A DNA stretch of 63,891 bases, counting the filler, from Sphacelaria rigidula (taxonomy: Eukaryota), in NCBI GenBank assembly GCA_964200075.2. It is 4 parts of 4 records of this genome, joined end to end, with 100 filler letters (N's around TTAATTAATTAA, not from the genome) between each part and the next. Parts side by side here need not be neighbours in the genome. Positions count along the whole stretch, not along the records: positions 1 to 15,904 come from CAXNAA020001554.1; 3 more parts are not named here. One strand, written 5' to 3'. Shown piece by piece: positions 1 through 12,044 of this stretch. The first letter of the stretch is position 1, and each line of letters opens with the position of its first letter. Made by a program: the position numbers and the translations under genes. The notes under the pieces are model-generated. The model was not told where the DNA came from and did no database searches. It saw only the letters and a program-made list of their open reading frames with translations.

Positions 1-358
1 CTTGTTTTTACAGCGCCGTAGCCACTCGACGCCAACCCAAGAGTCTGGAGGTGAGGGGGGAGTGGGGGGGAGGGATGGGGGGGAGGCGGCGGCTAATGTC
101 TCGAAGCGCAACGGCACCATATTTACATACGACGCTAACGTGTTAACCTATTGCGATCTGTTTGTCATATTGGCTGCGTCAATCTTATCCTATGTTTGTA
201 TAAAAACCCCCAACCAATACACAGCCCTGGTGATATGAACCTCAAATTACGATACCTGTGCCCTATGGCATTTGTCATGTTTGGATGTTATGGTTCTATG
301 CTCTCAGGGCTAATATCATCCACCCACATGTGTCCATGCATTTTGTCCATTGTGGCAG

Positions 359-492
359 GCATACACCTTCCGGCAGCAGCGTGACGTTTGTGGAGCTCGT
401 GGAGCAGAAAGGCTGGATCGTCGAGTCTGCGCAGGACGGTACCGTGCTAGAGAAAGCGACGGACGGGAAGCTGGTGGTGGAGAACATTACAG
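359..492 (+). CDS. Exon of SH3b-repeat gene (HTPSGSSVTFVELVEQKGWIVES...)
   Basis: tggcag acceptor; donor either CAG|gcacgc (493) or GAA|gtaact (505), both phase 1. Confidence 0.7.
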
Positions 493-2772
493 GCACGCAG
501 AGAAGTAACTAGCAAAGGCCCGGATGTACGTTGCACGTTGCATGCGGGATATTCAAGTCTCCGCAACTATCAGTAACCCAAAATATGGAGTTCGCCATGA
601 CAAGTGTAGGTCAGACAGTAGGCTTGCTTGTTCCTCGTACCCCTGTGTGTTGGAGGCAGTAAACACAACGTAGGTCATGCACAGGTGTTTACTGGACATT
701 ATCCTCGCGGAGAAGGACGGAAGACTACAGTGTACATGTATGTGCAGGAGAAGATCTTTCTTTTGATAAGTCGGTTACGTGACAATTGTTTGTGTTCTAC
801 GTAATATTGTTTTAGAATGATGACTATTTTCTGTGATTATGTATTGACTGTACTGGCAATCGCAGGAGAATATCGCGACGAGTCGGAGGCGTGGTACCTG
901 GCGGTGACAGTACCCGGAGTGGAGCTGCTGGAAGGCCCGAATGCCGACGGACCGAGGATGCTCGAGATGTACCTGACCGGGAAGGTACTGCATTTTATCT
1001 TATCGCGACTGTACCCTCTTCATTGCTGTATTTTGATTGTGCTGCTCTGTGGGGACGGTCGAACGATGCCGATCTGAACAGGCACGAGGTGTGGATTTCG
1101 CTGGCAAAGAGCTACATGTCAAACACTGCGATTGTTGTCCTACGCCCACCTTTTTTTATCCATGTACCTTTTTTTCGTGACTGTGCGGCATCGTCACGGA
1201 CCGTGGGTTATTTAAGGTACACTTTGTGACGAGTCGGTTGTAGGAGGGCTGGTACAACCACTCTCTGTAATGTAGAGTGTCATTTCTCTGAGACGGCGCC
1301 TGGTGGGTGGTTTCTCGTTCGATCCCCCTTTCAGCTCTTTGGGCGCAGCTTGCTTTTTGATGAGGTAAGATCTGACGGTCCCGCGAGATGAAATTAGGGG
1401 ACGGCGCGGGGCGGGGCGGGGAGATGTTGGGCTACATATTTTTTTCATCTAGTTCTTTTCCGGGGAGTTTCAATGGGTGAATCGAGACCATACTACGCCA
1501 AAATATTCCAATGTAGGCATAATACAAAAAAAGTCCGTGTCGCTTCATACAATGCTCTTTTCGCTAAGTCGGGGCCCATGGAATAAGCTTCGCAAATTCG
1601 AAAACAGAGGTTTCGTTGAACGGCACATTAGTGGTGGCTCTCCCCACGACATGACCAATGATACTTTCATAGGGTGTTTGCGTTGAGCATGTGTTGTGTA
1701 GAGCATGCCTCGAGAAAAAATAGACGATTCCCACAGACGTCTGGGGAGGACAAAGCGTCGTCGTCACGATTTGCGCCGTTGGTAGAACCTTACGTCACCG
1801 GATCATGGGGTCCCGACTGCGGGTCTCGATCTCGATATGGGGCGTTCAGGAAACAGCCGGGCGCGATGTGTGAGGCATATAAGGCCATTATATAACCCTA
1901 ACCCTAACCCTAACCCTGACCCCCCCCAAAAGTGGTCATGGTGTCATTACCGACCCTCTCCACCCATCACGTGTAAGTGCATATTTTTTGGTGAAGCATT
2001 GCTTTAAGCTATTTTCTAAATTCTAATGCCTTTCAGTCACCGTGAGAACAACAAGCATCGAGAACGCAACCCCGAAAATTTTGAGCGGAAGAGCAAATGA
2101 CGGAGGATGTACCCTGGCTTGAGTGCAGTATCATGCTGTGCCTTTGTGACGTGGAAATACTTTCCCGAGATATTGGAGACTGCGAATGAATAAAAGAGAG
2201 GTTACTCAGAGAAGATGAAGTACAAAAAGATATCGTGGACAGGGTGGGGTTGATGTGGAGAGTGTCCTCGAGAGGAAATGAATTGCTCATCATCCCGTTG
2301 GAGGAATGATGAAATAGCCTTTCCACATTTTGGCTGGTGATATTGTCTATCATCTCCCCTTGCATGAGTTTTCACGACTTCGTGGGACTCGAATTCGAAT
2401 CGTCGGTTCTACTTCTTGTTAGTTGTTTGCTTATCCTGGTTTTTCATGCTCTGTGCGCGACTCAGACCTCGGCTATATTATTTCATATAGTTACATGGTG
2501 ATAGTTACATGGTGAGCACATACCAAATCTGAAGTGGTGAACATTGTAGCACCTTCGGACAGAGCAGGCATAGCACGTCTTTACTGTCTTCGAATGTCTT
2601 CAATCTCATTTTTGTACCGGTTAATTTATTATTGATGGTTAATTTATTATTGATTGTCGCACGTCATGTCATCCGCGACAAAGGCAGCCGCTCTCACGAG
2701 ATACAAGTGCCCTACACAACATGACTAAACAAAAACGCTAGCGTGAAAGAGACTCGAAAAAAAAGGGGAAAT

Positions 2773-2812
<40 letters not shown>

Positions 2813-5800
2813 CTTGATGTCATGTTTTGAAGAAAAATGCCTCGTACTACCTTGTTTGTTGTGCTCGGGGGTTCTTTGATTAATACTGTCTGTCATTTTA
2901 TTGTTTCTTTGCTGTAGCACCCTTTTTCAATCCCAACTCCTGATTGTATCGCAGGGCAACGGGGAAAATGTCTGATTCGCGTTCGATTCCTGTTTACTTT
3001 CGGTCGTTTGCTTTGGCTTCGACTACTGTCATGTGCTTGTGTTCGCGCGGGTGAATTGAAGGCATTCTGTGTATCCCAGCGCTTCCGACCGCCAAACAAC
3101 GACCTGTCGCTAGACGGCTCCGAGGTGTACTTGAAGATCAAAGATCGCGAGGCGTGGGTGCTACAGTCTAGAGAAGGCCAGCCGGAGCGCTGCACTAAGC
3201 TCCCACCCCCCACGGATGAGGTAGGGACAGGACTCATCACGTGTTTCGACGGTGACCGGGGTAGATACCGCATGCAGAACCGTTTTGGCTTGTTTTGTCT
3301 TGAGAAGGACGGTTGAGAGGAGAGAAGTACTGGCCGAACAGAAGAAGGAAAATAGTGTTGCGCGTGGAGTGCTGCAGTGTGATGGTTGAATCTCTCTGCT
3401 CACCCTCAACAGTCTGTTTTTACTCTTGTTTTTGTTGTTTTAACCCTATAGTTTACCCCACTATTCCCGTGTTATTTTATTTCACGCATTTGTATTGTTT
3501 TGTCGAGTTGTTCCGTTTTGTTTACCTCGGGTACGTCGATCCTCTGGATAATGACCGCGCCTGGGTCTCTCGGGGATTGGTTGAAGTAGTGTGCGACAAC
3601 CAATCAATCAATCAATCCACCCATTTTTTGGCAGCGTTGATTGGTTTTGATTGGTTGGATTGATTGTCGCACTTCGACTGACCCCCCAGGGGTCGAGCCG
3701 CGGTCACCTGATGGACGTACCGACGACAAAACGAAATTGAAATACTCGCTGAAGAACAAGAAGAAACAGAAAAAGTGGAACAGAACAGTACAGTAGATTG
3801 AGACGTAAAAAAAGAACGTTGGCATCGTGTCTTGTACACCTTGTGCCTTGCGTACGCAGGTGACTGAGCAGTGGTATCGAGTGGAGTACCCGGGAGGGGT
3901 TCGTCTGCGGGCATCACCTTCCTTCGAGCACACGCATCCTTCCTTGGGGGTACTGGTGTGTGGTTGGGTCTTCCTCGCGACGAGGCGGTATCGAGCTCCC
4001 GGGAGCAGCCATTTGTTCTTGCAGGTGACGTTTTAACGTACATTCCCAGGAAACGCGGTGCGTGAGATTGGTTCTCGATCGTCTGGGGTGCTGTCTGTTG
4101 TTTGATCGTATGACGTACGCTTATTTTGTTCTGTTTGGCTGAGCCTGTCCTTCATCCTTTTTTGTTCTCCTTCTTCAACAAAAAAAAGCGGCTCTTGTGT
4201 CCATATTGCTGCGTTTGCTGATGATGCACTTGTTTGCGCAGGTTTAGCTGGGTTAGGCTCGTTCCTCATGCTATTCGTTTCTCTGAAGCTTTATTTGTCC
4301 CTGCTGAATATATTGATCCTACTCGCCTGGGCGCGTTCCAGGGGTGGGCTGCTGCTCGTACTCGTAGTTTTGAGTGTTGTCTATCGTCGGCCGTTTCACA
4401 TCCTGGCGCAACGACCACGAAAGTGCTCGGAGATTTTGGCCGTGCAGTGGTTTGGTCACGCGGGCCACCCCTGGCAACACGCCGGAAAGTGCGGTAGTGC
4501 TCATCATTATCCCTGGCTTGCACATACACGGCATGGCCGAACGGAATAATGGGCATACTGGCTCTGGTGTATTGTGGAGCATGTTCTATTGTATAACAGT
4601 ATTGTGTTATCCTTTGCAACATCTGTCGGCGCGTGGAGGCTTTTTTTTCCTTCCAATGCTCTGTTTTTGCCTTGCCATGAACGTTGGACGTGTGCGCCAC
4701 GAAATCCTGCACATAACATGCATATAACGTACACAGAACACATGTATACCGCCCCTATTGATCTAAGGTGTGCAACAACGGCCAGCTGGGCGGTAAGAGT
4801 GTGGGGCCGAATCCCGACAGATAGATACGTTCCGCCGCCGTGCCGCGGTGATGCAGTGCTATAGTACTTTAGTACTGTGTTGGTATACGAGCTGGGCTAG
4901 CCGAGAAGCGATTCTGCAGTCTGCAGGCCCATTATACGGCCAATACTTGGAGCTGGACCCTGAAATTTGGTATGGACAATGAGTAGGGCATAATTGAAAA
5001 AATTACTGGCGCACACAAGTTTTTTTTTTTCATGAGTTAGGGGCAAGTGACAGCACTTTTGATGGGTCGTGAAGAACGTGGGTTTGATTCCCACTATAAT
5101 AGATGCATTAAGTTTTAGCTTTTTATGTGAAGATATATGATTTCCGTGGTTTAAAGCATGAAGACGTACGTGAGGACGTACGTGAGGACGTACTTGAGTA
5201 ACCAAAAGAGACGAGTTTGACTGAGTTTGTCTGACGAGAGTCAACGCGATGCGGAAGTGCTGAAGATCATGATCCAATCCACGATATCAAAAGGTGGGGC
5301 GTGTGCAGCAAGTGGCAGGGGGGAGACGGGTTGAGTGGTCCCTTGAGACTGTCGCTCTCGAGTCGAGGGGGAAGGAGGGCGTTTGAAGCGTGGCAAAAAA
5401 TCAAAAGTATACAGCGATACAGTGATGCGATTGCATGCTTGTACGACTTATAGTAATGGGCGGTCTAATTATTCAGAGGTGTGTTGGGGTTTTACTCCCG
5501 TACTACTCTTCGACAGAACTCGAAATTGCTAGCATCGGTAAATTCTGGTACAATAGATAAATCATCCTCGAAACATAGTGCCCAAGTCAGTGTTAGTGGG
5601 TGTTATCCGGTGATACAAGTAAATACCCCGTTTTTCAGGAGGGTGTTATTGGCCGTGAAACACAGTTTTTCGGCTCTAGTGCAATGGATAAGCAGAATTT
5701 CAGAAAATTAAAACTGTACATTTCTTCACAAATATGACCGGGACAGGCTCGATCGACCAAAATACCGAAGAATGAGAATCTGGGCTGAAACGTCGCAGGA

Positions 5801-8800
5801 CCCCCGATGACCGGTCAGCCCGTAAGCCGCTCAATATTGAGTACAGATATTTTTTTCCTTGGAATGTGGAGCGGATACCAATATCTTCAGATGCCCAATG
5901 TGGTAGGCGGTGGCAAGCGAAAAGAGCCCAAGATAATCACCTTACAAAAAAATCACAAAATGCCACAAAATGGATAGTTAGACCGCCCACTACTGTATGT
6001 CTCAAGTATCTATTCGTCTATTGAGAACTCGACATACGCCTCAAGTGTGCTACTATGATATCGTTTGCAATCTGATCCAGTGGGAACTCCGGCAAAGCGC
6101 GGTAAGCCGCCAGCCCGGGATGGCCGCACTAAGCTGGGACCCCGGGATGCACTGATATAGTGCCGTTACTTGATTTTATTATGGTGGATCATATTTTGAC
6201 CACAATATGCTGGGACCCTTGACTTTGAAGGACTGAGCCCACTGTAACGCAACCCCCAGTCTGTAGGCAAAGTGCCCGGACAATCAGCACGGGTAAACCC
6301 ACAGAGGGCTCGTATCGCCTGTAACTTGTCACGGTGATGGTGCCCAGGTGGCGACGCCCGAAGGAGTTGTCAGGGATATTTCCGTGAGCAGCCACACGTC
6401 GTCCAATGGCACCGCTGGGAATGATGAAAGCGGGGACGGGATTGAGCGACGGGAGTGCGGCTGGGTGCCGGCCAGTTCTAGTGGTGTCGAGGTACGATGG
6501 CGCTCCTGTGCATTTTGGTTGTTGCCGTTCGAGATGTTCCGAGGGGGTGGAACGAACGTTATGATGTTCTATAGTGCGAACATGCAGGGAGAGTATCTCA
6601 CGAGTTAGCTCTTTCGATGGAAAATGGATACAGGCAACAACATTTGGTGTCTTCATGCTACATACACGTTTCACTGAGGTGGTCAACCGAGCTTTGGTTC
6701 ACTACAGGAAATGTTTGCCAGCTGGCGACTTCGTACAAAACTATTCCAAGTTATACTCTTTGGAGGGAATGCGTGATATCCGCCAAAGTTGTACCTGTGT
6801 AACACGCGGTGATCGCGAGATACTGCATTCTTGAACGTCTAGCGCGTTGATGCTACAACCAACCCCAGAGCGCCCCCGTTTGCTGAATGGAGAAAATCAT
6901 GCTCATTTGATTGAATGCTGGTCAGCTGTAGTTGTTAATCTGTTCGGGTTCAGAGGGGTCGCAACGCGGTCTCACCGCCAGATATTTGATTAAAGTGATT
7001 TCGCTGGTTTACACGTCCAGGTGGTGACGGAAACGAAGGAGCCGTGGATAGAGAAGGGACTTTTCGCCTACCAGGTGTGTGTGAGCGTGCCCGTCCCATT
7101 TGTTCAAGGGAACGGACGAACGAGTCCCAGTTATCGCAAAGTCTACACTATTACAGTGAAATCTTCGGTTTCATTCGATCGCCCACCCCAACACGCAGCT
7201 CAGTCGGTGGACCCTGCCACAATATTCGAAAACGATACCAGCAGCGAAGCAGATTTGAACCATAAGCAGTTTTGCACCGCCTCTACTGTCCATGAGCACG
7301 TATGCAATTCGATCGCCCACCCCAACACGCAGCCCAGTCGGTGGACCCTCCCACAAAATTAGATGCCCAAGTTTTCGCCAACAAAAAGAAACGCCAAAAG
7401 TGTGGCGGTGTCGGTTCAGGCACACGTTTCACTGCAGTAACGTTGATGTGTGGCGGCCACGACTGCTGCAGTTCGTGTTCTTGTCTTGTTATGTTCGCAA
7501 TGACGGTAAACGTGGGGTGGCACCTCGAGGGCGTGTGCTTCCGTGGTAGTACAGCAGCAGCAGCTGGACACTAATAATTTTGCAACAAGAGGAAGCAGCT
7601 GATGCATACTCTCTGTATACAGTCCGTGTTCAGGTTTTCAGATTCTAAAAAACACTGCAGAATTGCTGTGTTGTGTTTAGTGTAGTATTCTGTACTCCAT
7701 ATCATGGGGTCACGTTTTGGGCAGTTTTTCGAAAAGTTCTGCTTTTTTTTTTCAAAAGTTCTGCTTCTTTTTTTCAAAAGTTCTGATTGGTTCTGAAAAT
7801 ATATGCTGATAAAAACGAGACATTTTTCTGTCACACAAATCCAACGCCGAATCTGAAATGGTCTGAGACAACAGCCAATTTGAAAATTGGAATTCGTGGT
7901 CGTGATTTGCCGCGCGCGCCGGTGGTCTTCTGGTAGAACTAACACCTCTTGGTCGGAAAAAAAGCGGGTTAGATTCCCGGCAGATAGTTTGGGTCTTCTC
8001 TGACGAGTACAGCAGTTGTTTTGTCGAATTTCCGTCGTCGTTGGAAGCGTGAGAACGTGAGCAGCAAAAGCGTTTATTTTACGAAAGCAGACGCGGTGCA
8101 AGAGTGTTTGGTCATGATCCGATTCGCGGTACCAAAATGCAATGCGAGGCGTGTAGCGGGGGAGAGATGGCTTGATCCCTTGAGACTAGTAGACAGACTT
8201 TTAAACCACGAACTCGTCCCGAGAAAGGGGACGGAAAACAAAGAGAGGGAGTACGCGCTGCTTGTGCTTTCCCTGGTTCTAAAATCCGGGTCTTCTCTAG
8301 CCAGCGAACACACACACTGGTGTCTCTTTCTTGTTTGTACAGTCCCGCCACGACGTGGTGATGATCCATGATTGCGCATGATGTGTGCTCCCTCGCGCGA
8401 CTGTTGGTGATACAGGTGGTGGTAGACGAGACATTGCCGGCCAAGAACGGCCCGCACGAACTCGCGCCCACTCTCCTGCAGCACCTTCCTCCCTACAGCG
8501 TGGCGGCTGTGGTGAGTCTGTCCCGTAGGTGGGATTTTGCAACGCCTTGTTTGCCAGTTGATTGGTCGATTCATTGCTTGCTGGCTGTCGCACATAACTG
8601 ATCACTGAGGTAGTCATGATCCAATTGCAGTAACTCCCGTTTTCCGTATTTTCTTGCTTGGTTTAATGAACATCTCGAAAAGCATCATCTGACTTGTCCC
8701 TTAGAAGGCAACATTCGCTAAAATCCACAACACATATCGGACCTGTTTTCCACCCGCACCATCACCAGGCAACGTTTTTAGAGACAGGAAACGGAGACGA

Positions 8801-9212
8801 GGGGTTCGTGCAGCTCGCGGGGACCGGTTCTTGGGTTCTCTCTCGCCGGGGTCAAAACACCAAGATGGTTAGGCTGCCAGCCTTTCCCGAGGTGGACAAA
8901 ACGCCGAAGCGGTTTGTGGTGGCGGCCGCAGACGGCGTGGAGACGATCGTCGGTCCCTGCGAAGCCGCGGCGGGCACCGGTCACCGGTTTCCTTATGGTA
9001 CTGAGGGACGGTCGGAAATGGTGTGGTCGGTGAAAGGGTGGCCCGGTAGTCGAGGCAAGGGCGACACCCGCTTTGTTTTGTTGGAGGATATGGGGTGGGT
9101 TCATCTGAGAGCCGGTGGCGACGGGCAGGAGGGCAATGATGTGCTCAAGGAGATCAAGGAAGAGGGGGAGGATGACGTGCGGGGGGATGAGCAGGCAGCG
9201 GGAGGGGCGTGA
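359..9212 (+). CDS. Multi-exon gene (5' end upstream of window) encoding a tandem SH3b-like repeat protein; exons 359-492, 866-984, 3062-3220, 3860-4024, 6348-6491, 7021-7074, 8416-8511, 8769-9212
   Basis: Eight exons with AG acceptors and GT donors (first donor probably GC) join in phase into about 437 codons ending in TGA at 9210-9212. The motif W/F-Y-x-V...GV..R..P...G..F....R...F/Y-L/V-x-L...GWV recurs at least 5 times. Confidence 0.8.
866..984 (+). CDS. Exon of SH3b-repeat gene (EYRDESEAWYLAVTVPGVELLEGP...TGK)
   Basis: tcgcag acceptor, AAG|gtactg donor, phase-compatible. Confidence 0.8.
1893..1922 (+). repeat. Interstitial telomere-like (TAACCC)n tract inside an intron
   Basis: taaccc x4 plus tgaccc. 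Confidence 0.85.
2773..2813 (+). repeat. (AAC)n microsatellite
   Basis: About 13 perfect units. Confidence 0.95.
3062..3220 (+). CDS. Exon of SH3b-repeat gene (AFCVSQRFRPP...VYLKIKDREAWV...TDE)
   Basis: ttgaag acceptor (alternative in-frame cccag at 3079), GAG|gtaggg donor. Confidence 0.75.
3316..3810. mobile_element. Tail-to-tail pair of retroposon (LINE/SINE) 3' ends with GTGCGACAA-(CAAT)n tails
   Basis: + copy ends gtgcgacaaccaatcaatcaatcaatc (~3617); - copy reads gattgattgtcgcac on + (~3655-3672); related ends at ~2640-2740 (-) and ~29880-29993 (+). Confidence 0.65.
3860..4024 (+). CDS. Exon of SH3b-repeat gene (VTEQWYRVEYPGGVRLRASPS...LFLQ)
   Basis: acgcag acceptor, CAG|gtgacg donor; clearest SH3b-like motif. 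Confidence 0.8.
5451..5995. mobile_element. Tc1/mariner-pogo type MITE
   Basis: ~24-bp TIR tagtaatgggcggtctaattattc / ggatagttagaccgcccactactg, flanked by TA on both sides; interior 5790-5900 resembles 18985-19100. Confidence 0.75.
6348..6491 (+). CDS. Exon of SH3b-repeat gene (VATPEG...CGWVPASSSGVE)
   Basis: gcccag acceptor, GAG|gtacga donor; completes a repeat with GWV. Confidence 0.75.
7021..7074 (+). CDS. Short exon of SH3b-repeat gene (VVTETKEPWIEKGLFAYQ)
   Basis: gtccag acceptor, CAG|gtgtgt donor, phase 0. Confidence 0.7.
7174..7349 (+). repeat. Two ~42-bp direct repeats
   Basis: ttcgatcgcccaccccaacacgcagc(t/c)cagtcggtggaccct at ~7174 and ~7308. Confidence 0.85.
8416..8511 (+). CDS. 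Exon of SH3b-repeat gene (VVVDETLPAKNGP...YSVAAV)
   Basis: atacag acceptor, GTG|gtgagt donor. Confidence 0.75.
8769..9212 (+). CDS. Terminal exon of SH3b-repeat gene (ATFLETG...FVLLEDMGWVHL...GGA*)
   Basis: caccag acceptor; lies in ORF 8694..9212; contains about 1.5 repeats and an acidic tail. Confidence 0.8.
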   Translation, partial: ATFLETGNGDEGFVQLAGTGSWVLSRRGQNTKMVRLPAFPEVDKTPKRFVVAAADGVETIVGPCEAAAGTGHRFPYGTEGRSEMVWSVKGWPGSRGKGDTRFVLLEDMGWVHLRAGGDGQEGNDVLKEIKEEGEDDVRGDEQAAGGA

Positions 9213-9657
9213 TCTCATTGCTGTGTCGTGAAGAATGGTCAACTGCTGTTTAATCCGAACCCGTCGCGCACCCCATTGGTGTATTGATGTAGCATGGTGG
9301 GGCTGCCGCAAACGGATTTGATGGGTATCGCCCCTTCCCCCGTGGGTATCGATAGCGAAGGAGGAAGCAAGTGAGAGCCCCGCGGAAGGTGCGGTCTTCC
9401 ATGGACAGTCGTATCCAGTTGTTTTTTTCATGTGGATGTTCCCTTCGACCAGCCGGCTGCGGGCGAATCGACTCCCGATCTGCATCATAGTGCTTCAGGG
9501 GGAGTGCCGCGAGCGAGTGTTGGGGATGGAATTCGTCTTGTCGGAAAGGAGCAGCGCGACACGACCGTCCCCCGGCGTTATTCCGATATGTCGTGCCGTA
9601 CTGCCGGTAAGCTGTAACCTCTGACGAACCTATAGAAAGTACAAACAGTACACTAGT

Positions 9658-10301
9658 TGTACCGTTGAATGATGTCCCTGCCCACGCCTTCAGATACCGC
9701 CCCTAGTCTGCCACGAGGTCTTCGGTTTTCGTAGCCAATGTGGTGGATAAGCCTAGCTTTTGCGGTAGTTGAATGCTACAGTATCACTATTAGAGGATAG
9801 TGTCGAGCGGTGTGTTGTGATTGGTTGGTTGTCTTGGTGTTTGCAGTGGCCTTCGTGTAGCCTTCGTGTATGTTGCTGGGCCTGACCGGGAGAGTATACG
9901 CACAAAAGCATCGTATCTGTGGTGGATCAAGCGATGTTGTTTATCATCATGTGTGTGCATTCGTGTATCAAAGGTAGTGCTCCCTAGCCCACGGACAGAT
10001 GAATTGCTGTCTCGGTCGGTAGGACTGGGCAAGTTTAATTTATTCCAAGGTGCAAGCAGTATTTTGTACTGTACCCTGGCGTATACCGTGGTGTGCGGCT
10101 GATGGGATATAAATGTGTGGGTGTCCAGTCCTCCTTGAGCGCACGCTAGACGAGGGAATCTTGCTGTTGTTTGATTCATACCTAATCCTGGGTTTGCTTT
10201 GGTTGTGTATGGATATGCCTGCGGTGTACTGTAATGTGGGCGGAATGAAAATGCCCGCTGCGGCGCCACCGACGGGACGTGTTGCGGTATGGAGTATGAC
10301 A
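9658..10301. mobile_element. Solo LTR (644 bp)
   Basis: TGT...ACA termini with a perfect 5-bp TSD ctagt (9653-9657 and 10302-10306); non-coding. Confidence 0.7.
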
Positions 10302-10934
10302 CTAGTGTAGTCAATGCAAGTCTTGGAGTGTTAACACATTCATTTTGAGCCCCTGTTCACCACTGCGAACATTTTTGACCTGATTTTAATGCACGGGTGA
10401 TCCTGCAGAACCGCCTTCGTATCTAGTAGTGTTGAGTCGACCGTAATTAATGTGTCACCAAGCACTGATCACAGCACCGAGAATAATCATAGCTACGCGG
10501 TTCCCAATGTCCAGTGTTGCGTTTGTTGTGCCGGGCAACATGTACCGTCTGCTGTGTTCGTCAGTCCATGTGGCGGCCTGAATCTGCGTCTCATTAATAG
10601 TGAAGCGTGGGGTCGCGGGTTCATCATTCGAGAACACTACAAATAGCCAATGGAGCCCGTCCCTGAACGTATTGCCTAGTCGATTATGGAGAGTAATCAT
10701 TTTCGTTTGTAGTTGACGGCTTCACGCTATGAACATGGATATTACAGTCATCGCGCTGTGACGGCCCTCCGCTGTGTCGCGCATCTGTCGAGCATCTACT
10801 GGAATAATAGATCAATTGGCTTGTTGCCACTTGATGGTCGACCATGTGCGTGGCCGTGTTTGTTATTGCGAGAATTCTGTGGCTGACAGTCGCGTCATTC
10901 GGAAGCTTGCGTAGGTGGTGCAACCAAGGCAACA

Positions 10935-11005
10935 TGGGGGGCGTACTCATTTGTTGCTTGCCTTACTCGGTTGATCATTAACCACGCATCCCTTTCGAGA
11001 CGGAG
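10935..11005 (-). mobile_element. Very short 5'-truncated copy of the LINE at 16005-18950
   Basis: Matches 16005-16086 (gtactcatt...accacgcatccctttcgagacggag); TSD ccaaggcaaca at 10924-10934 and 11006-11016. Confidence 0.85.
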
Positions 11006-12044
11006 CCAAGGCAACAGGGGGGGAGGGGTTTAGAGGATGATACTGGGCAATGATGTACAACATTTACGCAGATGGAACACCAGTTGGATATGGACACTTC
11101 AGAGGATGAATTGAAATACCAACAAATCGGCCGATATGACTTTCTTCAATCTGTCCCGAGATTTTACGGGTAGGCATCATCGATTTTTGAACGTGAGCTA
11201 CTTTTACGTTAGCACGAACGATGCGAGGTCACGCACAACCGCGCGACTGCATGCACGGCGCGTGAATTTTCTTCGTACATGCATTACTCCGTGTGCAGCG
11301 ACTGCGACCATCGCTCGTGTTTGTCTCCATCCTTCCGACCAGCGGCCGTGGCCACCCTGATATGAGGATCACGGAAAGACGAATCAACCGTGAAACTAAG
11401 TATGCGCGCGTCGCATCGGCGCTCTCCCGTCCCGCCCCCCTTGTTCCAGGTGTGTAGGTGGGTCTCACTAACGATTATTAATAGGCTTGACGTCCCCCAA
11501 GAAGGTAGCTAGCAGCTCTAGTTTGGAGAAATCAAATGCCGTCTAGTTGTACAGGGCACAAACCCAAAAACAGCAGTTCTTTTTTTCTTCGATTTTCGAT
11601 TTACTATTTTCGATGAGACACGCCCCTTAATGCTTGACTACAATATCAGGCACTCACTTATTACCACGAAATGCAAACAAGTTGACGTGAACGGATCTAC
11701 CCACAGAACTAGGTCGTACATCGGCGGCTCGCCCCGACGGATGGTAGTGCACCACAAACCAGATCTCCCGATCAGACTGAAAGTCTCCATTTTCCAACTT
11801 TCTACTTTATTCCACAAAACCATCTTGTACAAGGCAGTCATTACCCGTAGACGAAAACAAGACCTCAAACGACGGCTGTATGACTGCTGCTTTCACGCTT
11901 AAAATCGGCTCATCCGAAACCTCTTGCCGTCACAAGGTGTTGTAAAGCTCCTGCCAGGAGACCGTCACCTCAAGCTGCTGCCTACTACAAGGGATCCACA
12001 TCGCCAAGAGCTTCAATTGTTCGCAATTTAAAACTAAAATCGTC

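Noticed and set aside
4234-4500. Possible extra exon of the SH3b gene
   Set aside because: Exons 3860-4024 and 6348-6491 already join to complete the repeat, and the peptide lacks the motif
4820-4866. Helitron-like 3' hairpin and terminus
   Set aside because: Stem is only 4-5 bp and no 5' end or Rep/helicase is evident
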